A stretch of DNA of 64,000 nucleotides. Origin: an uncultured Candidatus Saccharibacteria bacterium (GTDB taxonomy: Bacteria; Patescibacteriota; Minisyncoccia; Phycocordibacterales; CSBR16-119). How positions within the stretch are numbered: position 1 is the stretch's first letter; the number at the start of each line of letters is the position of its first letter. Below are positions 29,640 through 40,037 of this stretch, piece after piece. Both the position numbers and the translations under genes were made by a program. The notes below the pieces were generated by a model. The model saw only the letters and a program-made list of their open reading frames with translations. It had not been told where the DNA came from and did not search any database. The stretch is from the NCBI GenBank assembly GCA_964557535.1, contig CAZLAD010000003.1, positions 89,671 through 153,670 on the forward strand, given 5' to 3'.

Positions 29640-32600
29640 ATGGAAAAAGATGTAGAAGCTCCGAAAAAGTCTGACGCCGCTTTGAAAGAAGAGGCGGTTC
29701 TTAAATTCTGGACGGAAAATAAAATTTTTGAGAAAACTTTGGAAAAGGAGGCTCCCATGGGCGAATTCGTTTTCTTCGAAGGTCCGCCGACAGCGAACGC
29801 GAAGCCCGCACTTCACCACCTCGAAGCTCGTGCATTCAAAGACGTTATTCCTCGTTACAAAACGATGCAGGGATATCGTGTACCGCGTCGCGGAGGATGG
29901 GATACGCACGGGCTACCAGTAGAACTTCAAATCGAGAAAAAGCTCGGACTTAACTCCAAAAAAGCTATCGAAGAATACGGCATCGAGAAATTTAACGCCG
30001 AGTGTAAGCAAAGTGTTTTTGAATATATCAAAGATTGGGAAGATTTTACTGACCGAATTGGTTATTGGGTAGACAAGAAAAATGCCTACTTCACTTTCAA
30101 CAATTCCTATATCGAATCGCTTTGGAATGTTCTCGCCGAAGTTGAGAAAAAAGATTTGCTCTACAAAGATTATCGAATCGTGCCATGGTGTTCACGTTGC
30201 GGAACACCACTCGCGTCGCACGAACTTGCGCAAGGTTATGAAGACGTAAAAGATCTTTCGATTTTTGTGAAGTTCCCGATCAAAGGATTCGACAAGGCTT
30301 ATTTTGTGGCTTGGACGACAACGCCGTGGACATTGCCAGGCAATGTCGCGCTCGCTGTTGGCAAAGACATCATTTATGTCGAGGCAAAAGTTGGCGAAGA
30401 AATTCTCGTCGTTGCCAAAGAACGTCTTTCCGTCATCACTGCACCCTATGAAATAGTCGCTGAACACAAAGGATCGGAAATGGTCGGTATGGAATACGCA
30501 CCTTTGTATGATTTCATCAAACCAAACGACAAATCTCACAAAGTTTATGCGGCGGATTTTGTCACAACCGAAGACGGAACGGGAATCGTTCACATCGCGC
30601 CGATGTATGGCCAAGATGACTTTGAGCTTGGTACGAAGGCCGGACTTCCAAAAGAGCATGTCGTCGGACTCGACGGTAAATTTTTGCTAGACACAGGATT
30701 TTTCTCTGGCCGATTTGCGATGGAAAAAGACGAAACAGGCAAACCAACGCTTGCCATCGACGTAATTCGCGATCTGCAGGAACGTGGACTTTTCTTCGAT
30801 AAGAAAAATTACGAACACACATATCCGCACTGCTGGCGCTGTAAAACTCCGCTCATCTACTACGCGCGCGATTCTTGGTACATCAAGATGGAATCTTTGC
30901 GCGATGAGTTGGTACGAGAAAACGAGAAAATAAATTGGGAGCCGGATCACATCAAAGAGGGCCGATTTGGCGAATGGCTAAAAAATATTCGCGATTGGGC
31001 GATCTCGCGCGAGCGATATTGGGGCACGCCACTTCCGATTTGGATGGCGGAGGATGGCGAGAGAATCGTGGTTGATTCGATTGAAACACTCAAAAAATAT
31101 ACGAAAAAATCCGGAAATAAATATTTTGTGATAAGACACGGTCAAGGAGAGCAAAATGTCATTGATGTCAGGTCTTCAAATCCAGACGCACCATATCATC
31201 TAACGGAGAAAGGGAGAGAAGAAGTTCATGCTTCAGCTCTTGAATTAAAAGGAAAAGGAATTACGAAAATTATTTGTTCACCATTTATTCGCACTAAGGA
31301 AACTGCAGAAATTATTGCAGAAGTTTTGGGATTTGCTAAAGAAAATATTGTTATTGAATCTCGAATTCGCGAATATGAACACGGGATTTTTGACGGAAAG
31401 ACCAGTAAAGAGTTTAACGATTGGCGCAACAGTGTAAATGCCAGTTTTGATACGGAAGTTCCTGGCGGAGAAAGTTTGAAGGAAGCAAAGATTCGCTTTG
31501 CTGGTTTCTTCTATGATTTGGAAAAGAACTACGCGAACGAAAATATTCTTATTGTTTCTCATGGGGTTTGTCACGAAGTAATGTCGTCGATTGTTGAAGG
31601 TTGGAGTGATAAAGAAACTTGGGACAATTGGAAGGAAAAAATTGTTTGGACGGGTGGCTGGAAACAATACGATTTTATCCCTCTTCCACACAATCAAAAT
31701 TTCGAACTCGATTTGCACCGCCCATTTATCGATGACGTTGTTTTGGAGCGTGATGGCAAAACTTTCCGACGTGTCAAAGAAGTCATGGACGTATGGTTTG
31801 ATTCTGGCGCCATGCCATTTGCCCAGGTTCACTATCCATTCGAAGGACAGAAGGGAGGCTTGTTTAAGAAAGATAAATTGCCATTCCCGGCTGACTTTAT
31901 CTCCGAAGCTGTCGATCAAACTCGCGGATGGTTCTATACGCTTCATGCCGTGGGTGTCCTCATGGGTCGCGGGCGGGCGTACAAAAACTGCATCTGTCTT
32001 GGGCACATTCTCGATGCACAGGGTAAGAAAATGTCTAAGTCTATCGGCAATATCGTGAATCCTTGGGAAATGATGGACAAATATGGCGTCGATACTTTGC
32101 GTCTCTGGATGTATTCGGTGAATCAGCCGGGTGATTCTAAAAACTTTGATGAGAAAACTGTCGCCGAACTTCGAAACAAAGTTTTTAATTTGTTCTACAA
32201 CGTTCTCGCATTTTACGAACTTTATCGCGATGAAAGTTTAGAAACCCACTTGGGGGTCCAACCCCCAAGTGGTAACGTTCTCGATATTTGGATCTTGGCG
32301 CGATTTAACGAACTTGCAAATTCTATGACTGAAAGTTTGGATAATTACAAACTCTTGGAGCCAGTTCGCGCACTCCGAGATTTTATCGATGACCTCTCGA
32401 CTTGGTATTTGCGACGCTCACGCGATCGACTCAAGGACGGTGATGCGGAGGCAAAGCAGACTTTGTATTACGTTCTCAAAAATACGGCCAAGCTCATGGC
32501 CCCGTTCGCGCCATTCGCGGCCGAAGACATTTGGCAGAAATTGAAAACGGCGGACGACGTCGAAAGTATTCACTTGGCAGATTGGCCGAAAGCAGGGAAA

Positions 32601-33029
32601 GTTGATGAAAAGGTTTTGAATGAAATGGAAACGGTACGTAATCTTTGTACGAGCGGAAATATGATTCGCAAGGAAATTGCAATTCCGATCAAACAACCGC
32701 TTGCGACATTTTTCGTGCCAAATGTTTTGGATAGCTATGTCGACATCATCAAAGAAGAATTGAACGTCAAAGAAGTAAAACAGGGAAGTGAAATAGCTTT
32801 CGACAAAACTATTACTCCAGAACTAAAACGCGAAGGAGATTTCCGAGAATTCTTGCGAAGCGTTCAGGGCTTGCGTAAAGACTCTAATCTTTTGCCGAAC
32901 GAACTCGTGACACTCGTCGTACCAGCATCAAACAAAGAATTGATTGTCGGATTCGAAGAAGAACTTAAAAAGACGGCCGGATTGAAAGAAATTAAATTTG
33001 AAGGAGAAGAAATTAAAATAGAAAAATAA
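29640..33029 (+). CDS. ileS: Isoleucine--tRNA ligase with inserted histidine-phosphatase domain
   Basis: GPPTAN..H, GWDTHGLP, WTTTPWT, GTGIVH, ISRERYWG, KMSKS; insert with RHG..SHG. Confidence 0.97.
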   Translation: MEKDVEAPKKSDAALKEEAVLKFWTENKIFEKTLEKEAPMGEFVFFEGPPTANAKPALHHLEARAFKDVIPRYKTMQGYRVPRRGGWDTHGLPVELQIEKKLGLNSKKAIEEYGIEKFNAECKQSVFEYIKDWEDFTDRIGYWVDKKNAYFTFNNSYIESLWNVLAEVEKKDLLYKDYRIVPWCSRCGTPLASHELAQGYEDVKDLSIFVKFPIKGFDKAYFVAWTTTPWTLPGNVALAVGKDIIYVEAKVGEEILVVAKERLSVITAPYEIVAEHKGSEMVGMEYAPLYDFIKPNDKSHKVYAADFVTTEDGTGIVHIAPMYGQDDFELGTKAGLPKEHVVGLDGKFLLDTGFFSGRFAMEKDETGKPTLAIDVIRDLQERGLFFDKKNYEHTYPHCWRCKTPLIYYARDSWYIKMESLRDELVRENEKINWEPDHIKEGRFGEWLKNIRDWAISRERYWGTPLPIWMAEDGERIVVDSIETLKKYTKKSGNKYFVIRHGQGEQNVIDVRSSNPDAPYHLTEKGREEVHASALELKGKGITKIICSPFIRTKETAEIIAEVLGFAKENIVIESRIREYEHGIFDGKTSKEFNDWRNSVNASFDTEVPGGESLKEAKIRFAGFFYDLEKNYANENILIVSHGVCHEVMSSIVEGWSDKETWDNWKEKIVWTGGWKQYDFIPLPHNQNFELDLHRPFIDDVVLERDGKTFRRVKEVMDVWFDSGAMPFAQVHYPFEGQKGGLFKKDKLPFPADFISEAVDQTRGWFYTLHAVGVLMGRGRAYKNCICLGHILDAQGKKMSKSIGNIVNPWEMMDKYGVDTLRLWMYSVNQPGDSKNFDEKTVAELRNKVFNLFYNVLAFYELYRDESLETHLGVQPPSGNVLDIWILARFNELANSMTESLDNYKLLEPVRALRDFIDDLSTWYLRRSRDRLKDGDAEAKQTLYYVLKNTAKLMAPFAPFAAEDIWQKLKTADDVESIHLADWPKAGKVDEKVLNEMETVRNLCTSGNMIRKEIAIPIKQPLATFFVPNVLDSYVDIIKEELNVKEVKQGSEIAFDKTITPELKREGDFREFLRSVQGLRKDSNLLPNELVTLVVPASNKELIVGFEEELKKTAGLKEIKFEGEEIKIEK

Positions 33030-33077
33030 AACACCAAAGGGGCCGTGAGGCCCCCTTTGCGATGCATGATGTGCGAG

Positions 33078-33503
33078 CTACTCCTTGCTAGCGATGAGCC
33101 AGATGGCCACACAGGCCATTAAGTAGCCAAGACCCATCCTCCAACTTATTTGCTCGTGGAAGAAAAGTCTAGAGAGTATTCCGTTTAGGCAAATTGTCAG
33201 TATTGAAACGAGAGGTATCGACACGGACAATCCCTGGGCGGTTTCAATGGCGTAAAGTTTACCAAAGAAGAGAGTCCCTATTCCGGCGGTAATTCCGGCC
33301 AAGACCAGAAACAGGAGCTCTTTGCCCGCAGGCACTGGACCGTACGGGCTCTTCGCTTGGAACGTCAAGACGATGATGATGGTTGAAACAGTCGTTACAG
33401 CCCTCATCCAATTGGTAGAAGCGCCGCTGTGTCGGCCAAACACCGGGTAAAGTGCGAAGCAGGTGGCGGTCACCAGTAGTACTAGGAAGGTGGCGAATCT
33501 CAT
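33078..33503 (-). CDS. EamA/DMT-like membrane protein
   Basis: Five hydrophobic helices ending FFHEQISWRMGLG. Confidence 0.7.
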   Translation of the reverse strand: MRFATFLVLLVTATCFALYPVFGRHSGASTNWMRAVTTVSTIIIVLTFQAKSPYGPVPAGKELLFLVLAGITAGIGTLFFGKLYAIETAQGLSVSIPLVSILTICLNGILSRLFFHEQISWRMGLGYLMACVAIWLIASKE

Positions 33504-33588
33504 GGGGGTCGTTTGTTCGAAACTCTATATGAATGAGAGATTCGTGTCAATTCATTACGAAAGCCGAAAATAAAGTATAATTAGGGAC

Positions 33589-34173
33589 ATGTCCCACACC
33601 ATCTACAACACCGAAGCGTTTGTAGTCTCGAGCCGAAATTCGGGGGAGGCGGATCGGACGTTCAAATTGTTTACCAAAGACTTTGGCGTTATTTCAGCCA
33701 AAGCCACCGGCATCAGAAAAGTTTCTTCGCGTTTGCGATTCTTCGTCCAGGACTTCAAATACATCGACGCGAGTATTGTGAAAGGTAAAAATTATTGGCG
33801 ACTTGTTTCGGCTAGACCGATTCACGAACTCAATTCCAGGAAATCTCTAACAACTTCGTCACGCATCCGAAGTTTGCAGTTGGTAGGGAAGCTCGCACCT
33901 GAGGGCGAGCCACTCACGGAACTTTTCGACGAACTTGTGTCCGCGTACACGTTTACTTCGACCAATCATCCGAAAAAGGAAGACTTGGAAAGTATCGAAG
34001 CCTTGATTGCGCTTAAAATTTTGCACAGTCTCGGATATTGGGGCGACAGACAGAGAGAAAATGATTTGGTTAAAAGTCCGTTCAATGAAAACGTTGTTGC
34101 CCAAGTAAAACTTTCCAAAAAAACAATCATCAAGGAACTGAACAATTCGCTTCGCGCTACCCAGCTTCTCTAG
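33589..34173 (+). CDS. recO: DNA repair protein RecO
   Basis: GEADR..LFTKDFG.I.A.A.GIRK..SRL. Confidence 0.85.
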   Translation: MSHTIYNTEAFVVSSRNSGEADRTFKLFTKDFGVISAKATGIRKVSSRLRFFVQDFKYIDASIVKGKNYWRLVSARPIHELNSRKSLTTSSRIRSLQLVGKLAPEGEPLTELFDELVSAYTFTSTNHPKKEDLESIEALIALKILHSLGYWGDRQRENDLVKSPFNENVVAQVKLSKKTIIKELNNSLRATQLL

Positions 34174-34227
34174 TCTTTTCTCGATTTACGACTTACAACT
34201 TACGACTTCCTGCGTTATAATTAGACC

Positions 34228-36132
34228 ATGCCTCCAAAGAAGAAAAGCCACATCGAGCGACTGAAAGATAAGCTCTACAGTCCAAAAACCAAAGACATAA
34301 ATTTAAAACCTCGTGGAATTATTTACGAAACCACGCACGAGGTTGCAGAAACTTGGACCAAGGATCCCGAACCCGCGCCCCCAAAGAAAAGAAGAAGTCT
34401 CTTGGAAAATACAATGTTTCGCAAATTCTTTTTTATTGCGATTGCTTTTTTCGTTTTGTCACTTGGGTTCGGAGCGTTCATGTTTTTTGGTGGAGGCAAC
34501 ACCGTGTCGGCGGACAATATCGAGATCAATGTTTTGGGTAACGCTTTCGTGTCTGGCGGAGAAGAATTGCCTTTAAAAATTCAGTTTTTCAACAGAAATA
34601 ACGTTGCGCTCGAATACAGTGATCTTTTGATCGAATACCAAAAAGGTTCTGGTGGAGGCGAATCGATCCAAAGTGATCGTTATGCCGTGGGCATAATCCC
34701 GGCTGGTGGAATGGTCGAGAAATTAGTTAGCCTGACTTTGTTTGGGCAACAGGGTACGACACGAGATGTAAATATTACTCTCGAATATCGAGTTAGGGGC
34801 TCTAGTGCGATTTTCGTTAAACAAAAGCCCTACGTTGTAAATATTTCTTCGAATCCGATTACTTTGGTCGTTGATGGTCCAACCGTAACAAATTCAAATC
34901 AAAATCTAAGCTTTGATATAACCGCGAGTTTAAATACCGAAAAACCGGTCCAAGATTTGATGGTCACAGTTAACTATCCTCCAGGATTTGATTTTAAAGA
35001 CGCAACTCCTGAACCAACTTTTTCTGACCATATTTGGTCTCTTGGGGATTTGGCCAAAGGCGCAACAAAAAAGATTACGATTAACGGAGTTTTGGTTGCT
35101 GATGCTGGCGAGCAGAGAGCTTTCAATATTTTTACGGGCACAAAAGACGAGAAAAACGAACAACGCATTGGTACTCAATTTAATTCCCAAAACTATCTTT
35201 TGTCGATTGCCAAACCTTTTCTTGATTTGGATCTTTTGGTTAATGGTAATCCTGCCGCAGAAGTTCCGGGATTGTCCGGTCAATTCGCAACAGCTGAGAT
35301 TAGTTTTAGAAATAGTTTAGATTCACGCATAACAGATAGTGAAATTACTGCCAAGTTTTCTGGCAACGCTTTTGATCCAAACGGTGTCGAAGTTTTGAGT
35401 GGGGGATTTTATGACGCGGTTACGCAATCCATCGTCTGGAACAGTCAGATTGTTGATGGACTAAAAATTGTCGATCCTGGACAAAGTGGTCGTCTGCGTT
35501 TCAAGTTCAAACCACTTTCAACGACAAGCGCAAATCTAAAAAATCCCGAAATAAATATCAGCATCGGTGTTCGTGGCCGACAGACATCTTTGGGAAATTC
35601 TTTCCAAACAATAAATGATTACGTCAAGAAAAAAGTAAAATACTCTAGTTCTGTTGGAATCACTGGGCACGCTTTGTACACTCTTGGGGCGTTTGTTAAT
35701 TCCGGACCATTGCCACCTATTCCCGGAACTCCGACGACTTACACGATAGTTTGGAATATTGCCAACACCGCCAATCGTGTCACCGATGCCAAGGTTCGGG
35801 GTACGTTACCTTTTTATGTTGATTGGGTGGATAAATGGAATCCCGAGAATCAAAACGTTACTTATGATTCGGCTAGTAGACAAGTCGTCTGGAATATTGG
35901 CTCTATTGAACCTGGATCGGGCACGGATTCTTTCCCGACGAGTCTTTCGTTCCAAGTGAGGTTAAACCCAGCAAGTTCGCAGTCTGGATCGGTTGTGAAT
36001 TTGGTGACGAATATTTTCTTGACGGCCAAAGATTCGTTTACGGGGGTTGATATTACAAAAAACATGCAACCCATAAACACTAGACTCAATTTGGATAGTA
36101 ACTATAATATAGAGAATGACAAGGTCCAATAA
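34228..36132 (+). CDS. Membrane-anchored Ig-like/DUF11-like repeat protein
   Basis: N-terminal TM; beta-rich repeats (WSLGDL, TYTIVW, VVWNIG). Confidence 0.7.
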   Translation: MPPKKKSHIERLKDKLYSPKTKDINLKPRGIIYETTHEVAETWTKDPEPAPPKKRRSLLENTMFRKFFFIAIAFFVLSLGFGAFMFFGGGNTVSADNIEINVLGNAFVSGGEELPLKIQFFNRNNVALEYSDLLIEYQKGSGGGESIQSDRYAVGIIPAGGMVEKLVSLTLFGQQGTTRDVNITLEYRVRGSSAIFVKQKPYVVNISSNPITLVVDGPTVTNSNQNLSFDITASLNTEKPVQDLMVTVNYPPGFDFKDATPEPTFSDHIWSLGDLAKGATKKITINGVLVADAGEQRAFNIFTGTKDEKNEQRIGTQFNSQNYLLSIAKPFLDLDLLVNGNPAAEVPGLSGQFATAEISFRNSLDSRITDSEITAKFSGNAFDPNGVEVLSGGFYDAVTQSIVWNSQIVDGLKIVDPGQSGRLRFKFKPLSTTSANLKNPEINISIGVRGRQTSLGNSFQTINDYVKKKVKYSSSVGITGHALYTLGAFVNSGPLPPIPGTPTTYTIVWNIANTANRVTDAKVRGTLPFYVDWVDKWNPENQNVTYDSASRQVVWNIGSIEPGSGTDSFPTSLSFQVRLNPASSQSGSVVNLVTNIFLTAKDSFTGVDITKNMQPINTRLNLDSNYNIENDKVQ

Positions 36133-37441
36133 GGAAGATAGTCTAATGCAGAAAATCACGTCTCTTTGCAAGAGGCGCGGTTTTGTCTATCCGGGTTCCG
36201 AGATCTATGGGGGGCTCGCAGGAACATACGATTACGGTCCCTTGGGAGCGCTTCTGCGCGACAATGTCGTCGAGTCTTGGAAGAAAAAATTTGTGCACAG
36301 TCGTCGCGACATGCATATGGTCAATGCGGCGATTCTCATGAATCAAAAAGTTTGGCAAGCGACGGGACACGTCGATCATTTCTCTGATCCGTTGGTTGAA
36401 TGTAAAAAGTGTAATAAGCGTTTTCGAGCGGATCAACTGGAAACCGAAAACTGTCCTGCTTGTGGTGGGGAATTTGGTGAAGTACGTCAATTCAATATGA
36501 TGCTCTCTACTCAAGTCGGTGCAGCTGAGGATTCCTCGGCTACCTCATATCTACGTCCAGAAACGGCACAGGGAATTTTTGTGAACTTCAAGAACGTAAT
36601 GGACTCAATGCAACCAAAACTTCCTTTCGGTATTGCTCAAGTCGGAAAAGCTTTTCGAAATGAGATTACGCCACGTGATTTTATCTTTCGCTTGCGCGAA
36701 ATGGAACAAATGGAAATCGAATATTTTGTCCGACCAGAGGAATGGTCAAAACATTTTGAATACTGGCGCGATGAAATGCTCGAATGGATGGAATCAGTTG
36801 GCTTGGATATGAACAAGGTTCACGATATCGAAATTCCTGATGGCGATCGTGCTCACTACTCGTCACGAACTATCGATTTTGAATTTGAATATCCTTTTGG
36901 TCAAAAAGAGCTCTACGGTCTCGCATACCGCGGAGATTATGATTTGTCTCGACACACAGAGAGTTCTGGTGAAAAACTAGAATATCGTTTCCAAGGGGAA
37001 GAGGGTGTCGAAGTTTTGACTCCGCATGTTATCGAACCATCTTTTGGGCTTGATCGTACTGTCCTGGCGCTTCTGGTCTCGGCTTATAGGGAAGTTGGTG
37101 ACGGTGAAGATGTACGAACTTACCTGGCCCTTAATCCAAAAATTGCACCTTATAAAGTCTGCGTCTCGCCCCTTCTAAAAAATAAACCAGAACTAGTGAC
37201 TAAAGCAGAAAGCGTTTTTGTTGATCTCAAAGAAGCTTTTGGAAACGTCGTTTGGGATGACAATGGAAATATCGGCAAACGTTATAAAAAACAAGATGAA
37301 ATCGGTACACCTTTTTGTGTCGTTGTCGATTTTGAATCTCTCGAAGACGAGTCGGTAACAGTCCGTTTTCGGGACACGGCTAAACAAGAAAGGGTAAAAA
37401 TATCCGAGCTCGAGAACTATTTCAACGATAAACTCAAATAG
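36116..37441 (+). CDS. glyQS: Glycine--tRNA ligase (homodimeric type)
   Basis: KRRGF..IYGG..DYGPLG, LRPETAQG, FRNEITP, HVIEPS.G.DR, DEIGTP. Confidence 0.97.
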   Translation: MTRSNKEDSLMQKITSLCKRRGFVYPGSEIYGGLAGTYDYGPLGALLRDNVVESWKKKFVHSRRDMHMVNAAILMNQKVWQATGHVDHFSDPLVECKKCNKRFRADQLETENCPACGGEFGEVRQFNMMLSTQVGAAEDSSATSYLRPETAQGIFVNFKNVMDSMQPKLPFGIAQVGKAFRNEITPRDFIFRLREMEQMEIEYFVRPEEWSKHFEYWRDEMLEWMESVGLDMNKVHDIEIPDGDRAHYSSRTIDFEFEYPFGQKELYGLAYRGDYDLSRHTESSGEKLEYRFQGEEGVEVLTPHVIEPSFGLDRTVLALLVSAYREVGDGEDVRTYLALNPKIAPYKVCVSPLLKNKPELVTKAESVFVDLKEAFGNVVWDDNGNIGKRYKKQDEIGTPFCVVVDFESLEDESVTVRFRDTAKQERVKISELENYFNDKLK

Positions 37442-37474
37442 CAAAAGATTCCAAAAGTTGCTATAGTAAATCTA

Positions 37475-38530
37475 ATGTTAAATAAGGGCGAAAAAGTTTA
37501 TAATGTAAATATTAACTCCAAGACCATTAGAAATGTCGCGATTATTGGCTTGGTGGTTTGGCTTTTGTTTACACTTCAAAACCTAGTTTTTGTTGTTTTG
37601 ACTTCGGTTGTTTTGGCTTCATTTATCCGTACTGCTGCCGCAAGCCTAAAACGCAGACTTGGGATAACTAGGACTCTGTCAATCGCGGTGATGTATCTTG
37701 TAACGTTTTTGATTATATCTGGGATTTTATATTTCTTCTTGCCGGTACTGATAAAAGAAATTTTGAATTTAGTGCCAGTAGTTTCAAAATATTTGCCGAA
37801 CGCATCTTCTGTGGGAAGTCTTGGTCTAAATGCCAATCAGTTCTCGAACAGCCTGACACATGGACCAGAATTGTCTGGTTTCGTCGATCAATTTTCCAAT
37901 TTGCTTCAAGTCGCCGCCACAGGTTTCGGAAGTACTTTGTCGGCTTTGTTTGGAAGTCTTTTAAACGTTGTTTTGGTTGTCGTTATATCTTTTTACTTAT
38001 CGGTTTCGCACGATGGTATCGAATCTTTCTTGCGCATTCTTTCTCCGATCGAAAAAGAAGAATATATTATTGGACTTTGGCATAGGTCACAATTAAAAAT
38101 CGCACGTTGGATGCAGGGTCAGCTTTTCCTGGGGCTTGTAATTGGAATACTCACATTTATTGGCCTCACGCTTTTGGGAGTTGAACACGCTATTTTGCTT
38201 GCGGTTATTGCTGGGTTGTTCGAGCTAATTCCTTTTGGAATTTTCTTGGCGGCTATTCCAGCTGTTTCTTTTGGGTTTGCGACCGGCGGTCTGACACTCG
38301 CCGTAATGGTTGTGGCGCTTTATATAGTGATACAGCAAATCGAAGGATATTTTATCGCTCCTCTTGTTATGAATAAAATGACGGGCATTTCTCCGCTCGT
38401 TGTTATTATTTCTGTTCTTATTGGTGTTCAGCTTGCTGGATTTTGGGGACTAATACTTGCGGTGCCGGTGGCGGTGACGATTCTCGAGTACATCAAAGAT
38501 TTCGAGAAGAAAAAAGTCATGAACGCCTAA
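37475..38530 (+). CDS. AI-2E family transporter
   Basis: Multi-TM; QQIEG..P..GISP..GFWGLILAVP. Confidence 0.9.
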   Translation: MLNKGEKVYNVNINSKTIRNVAIIGLVVWLLFTLQNLVFVVLTSVVLASFIRTAAASLKRRLGITRTLSIAVMYLVTFLIISGILYFFLPVLIKEILNLVPVVSKYLPNASSVGSLGLNANQFSNSLTHGPELSGFVDQFSNLLQVAATGFGSTLSALFGSLLNVVLVVVISFYLSVSHDGIESFLRILSPIEKEEYIIGLWHRSQLKIARWMQGQLFLGLVIGILTFIGLTLLGVEHAILLAVIAGLFELIPFGIFLAAIPAVSFGFATGGLTLAVMVVALYIVIQQIEGYFIAPLVMNKMTGISPLVVIISVLIGVQLAGFWGLILAVPVAVTILEYIKDFEKKKVMNA

Positions 38531-38537
38531 TTTCTGT

Positions 38538-40025
38538 ATGAAAAAACCTGTTTACATCACGACAACTTTGCCTTACGTTAATTCTGATCCACATGTTGGA
38601 TTTGCTATGGAAATTATTCGAGCCGATGCATTGGCTCGCTACTACAAACTTTCCGGACACGAAGTATTTTTTAACACTGGTACCGACGAACATGGTCAAA
38701 AACTTTTGACTGATGCCACCAGGGCTGGAAAAGATGTAAAAGAATACGTTGATCATTATGCTGAGAAATTCCGTGGTCTTAAAGATTTGCTTGGCATATC
38801 AGATGACGTGCATTTTATTCGTACAACTGACGAACATCACGTGTTGGCCGCCCAAGAAATGTGGCGCCGGGTCAAAGAAAACGGTTTTATTTACAAAAAA
38901 AATTACCAGACCAAATATTGTGTGGGGTGCGAGCTAGAAAAAACAGATTCAGAACTCGTGGATGGTAAATGTCCGATTCATCCGAATAAAGAAATTGAAC
39001 TTCGCGACGAAGAGAATTATTTCTTCGCACTTTCAAAGCTTGAGAAAGAGCTTAAAGATTTGTACGACAATAAACCTGAGCTTGTCATCCCAGATTTTCG
39101 ATTTAACGAAATGAAAGCATTTCTAGAACGCGGTCTTCAGGATTTCTCGATCTCGCGTCCAGCAGCCAAAATGTCTTGGGGCGTGCCTGTGCCAGATGAT
39201 GCCGAACACGTCATGTATGTGTGGTTTGACGCGCTTACAAACTATATTTCCACGCTCGGTTGGCCAGAAGATGCGACGGGGGATTACCAGAAGTTCTGGG
39301 AAGAGGGCCTCAAAATTCAATACTGTGGCAAGGACAACGTTCGCCAGCAATCCATGATGTGGCAGGCGATACTTCTCGCGGCAAAACTTCCAAATACGGA
39401 CAACATTGTTATCAACGGCTTTATCAACTCCGGCGGACAGAAAATGTCTAAATCTTTGGGTAATGTTATCAGTCCGTATGACCTCATCAAAGACTACGAA
39501 GCCGTGGCGGGGGATTTGTCATCGGATGTCTTGCGATATTACTTGCTCCGACACGTAAATCCGTTTGAGGATTCGGATATGACACTCGAGACGATCAGGG
39601 AGGCTTATCAAGCAAATTTGGCCAATGGTATCGGAAATCTTGTCTCAAGAATCATGAAGATGGCTACCACTTACGGAGTTGAGAAGCCATATACATGGAC
39701 AGAGACCAATGAACACTATTTTACTTTAAGTGGGGAAATTGAGAGTCATCTCCACGAATACGATATGAGTAGAATCATGGATAAAATTATGTTGTATGCC
39801 ACGTCTATAGATTTCTCCATAGCTGAAACAAAACCGTTCAGTTTGATTAAGACCGATCCAGAAAAAGCTAAAGAGTTGGTTGCGATTCTTTTGGCAAATT
39901 TAAATCAAATGGCAATATGGCTAGAACCTTTCTTGCCAAAAACTTCAATATCTATACAAAAACTAATAAAAGAAAATAAAATGCCAGAAAAACCACTCTT
40001 TAATCGTCTAGAAGCTAAAAGCTAA
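38538..40025 (+). CDS. metG: Methionine--tRNA ligase
   Basis: YVNSDPHVG, GTDEHG, YVWFDAL, KMSKS. Confidence 0.98.
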   Translation: MKKPVYITTTLPYVNSDPHVGFAMEIIRADALARYYKLSGHEVFFNTGTDEHGQKLLTDATRAGKDVKEYVDHYAEKFRGLKDLLGISDDVHFIRTTDEHHVLAAQEMWRRVKENGFIYKKNYQTKYCVGCELEKTDSELVDGKCPIHPNKEIELRDEENYFFALSKLEKELKDLYDNKPELVIPDFRFNEMKAFLERGLQDFSISRPAAKMSWGVPVPDDAEHVMYVWFDALTNYISTLGWPEDATGDYQKFWEEGLKIQYCGKDNVRQQSMMWQAILLAAKLPNTDNIVINGFINSGGQKMSKSLGNVISPYDLIKDYEAVAGDLSSDVLRYYLLRHVNPFEDSDMTLETIREAYQANLANGIGNLVSRIMKMATTYGVEKPYTWTETNEHYFTLSGEIESHLHEYDMSRIMDKIMLYATSIDFSIAETKPFSLIKTDPEKAKELVAILLANLNQMAIWLEPFLPKTSISIQKLIKENKMPEKPLFNRLEAKS

Positions 40026-40037
40026 CAGCTATAAGCT

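Noticed and set aside
31278-32006. Long antisense ORFs (here and within fusA, recA and the S-layer-like gene)
   Set aside because: Shadow frames of well-supported genes
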